Assembly: GCA_963740315.1 (NCBI GenBank)
Contig: CAVUDP010000002.1
Span: 3,008,001-3,072,000, forward strand
Origin: an uncultured cyanobacterium
Lineage (GTDB): Bacteria > Cyanobacteriota > Cyanobacteriia > Cyanobacteriales > Nostocaceae
DNA: 64,000 nt
Direction: 5' to 3'
Of the stretch, positions 63,868 through 64,000 are shown one piece after another. How positions within the stretch are numbered: position 1 is the stretch's first letter; every line of letters begins with the position of its first letter. The position numbers were made by a program, and so were the translations under genes. The notes below the pieces were generated by a model. It was not told the origin of the DNA. It did no database searches and saw only the letters and a list, made by a program, of their open reading frames with translations.

Positions 63868-64000
63868 AACGGTAGGGAAATCCGAATCGCTTTTATAGGG
63901 CAAACAATCCAGTAATTTTAGTGCAGTTTATCTACTGAGGCATTAAAATCCAAATTGATAATCACCCTGCTTTGCTTTCCGGTAAAGTGGGGTGTTGGGG

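Overview
This is a 64-kb chromosomal segment from a filamentous cyanobacterium. Frequent HIP1 octamers (GCGATCGC), heptamer STRR tracts, XisI and an hpsE-like gene point to Nostocales, which is inference. Backbone genes: a phosphate-starvation cluster (three tandem SLH/OprB-type porins, a Crp-family regulator, phoX, phoU-sphS-sphR), hisA, csaB, rubrerythrin, two Ser/Thr kinases, pgeF, birA, an M23 peptidase, ribC, metH, ribBA, argC, eno, a fourth porin, clpB and GT2 glycosyltransferases. Most notable signals: (1) a three-gene cassette with no phage genes nearby, encoding a thymidylate-synthase-fold protein, an aGPT-Pplase1/5hmdU-kinase-helical-like protein and a MazG+MazG_C protein (35960-38956), possibly a base-modification or defence system; (2) a LexA-box-bearing promoter ahead of a ~145-nt rod-like structured RNA and two paralogous coiled-coil genes (15800-18177); (3) a TnpB-less Y1 HUH transposase embedded in bipartite-hairpin REPIN-like elements, several GTAG-tagged REP families and a 14-unit REP tandem array; (4) a 24-nt element inserted precisely in a HIP1 site, an argC with Cys-to-Ser at the catalytic position, and two disrupted genes. 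All family assignments come from motif recognition by eye, and no searches were run.
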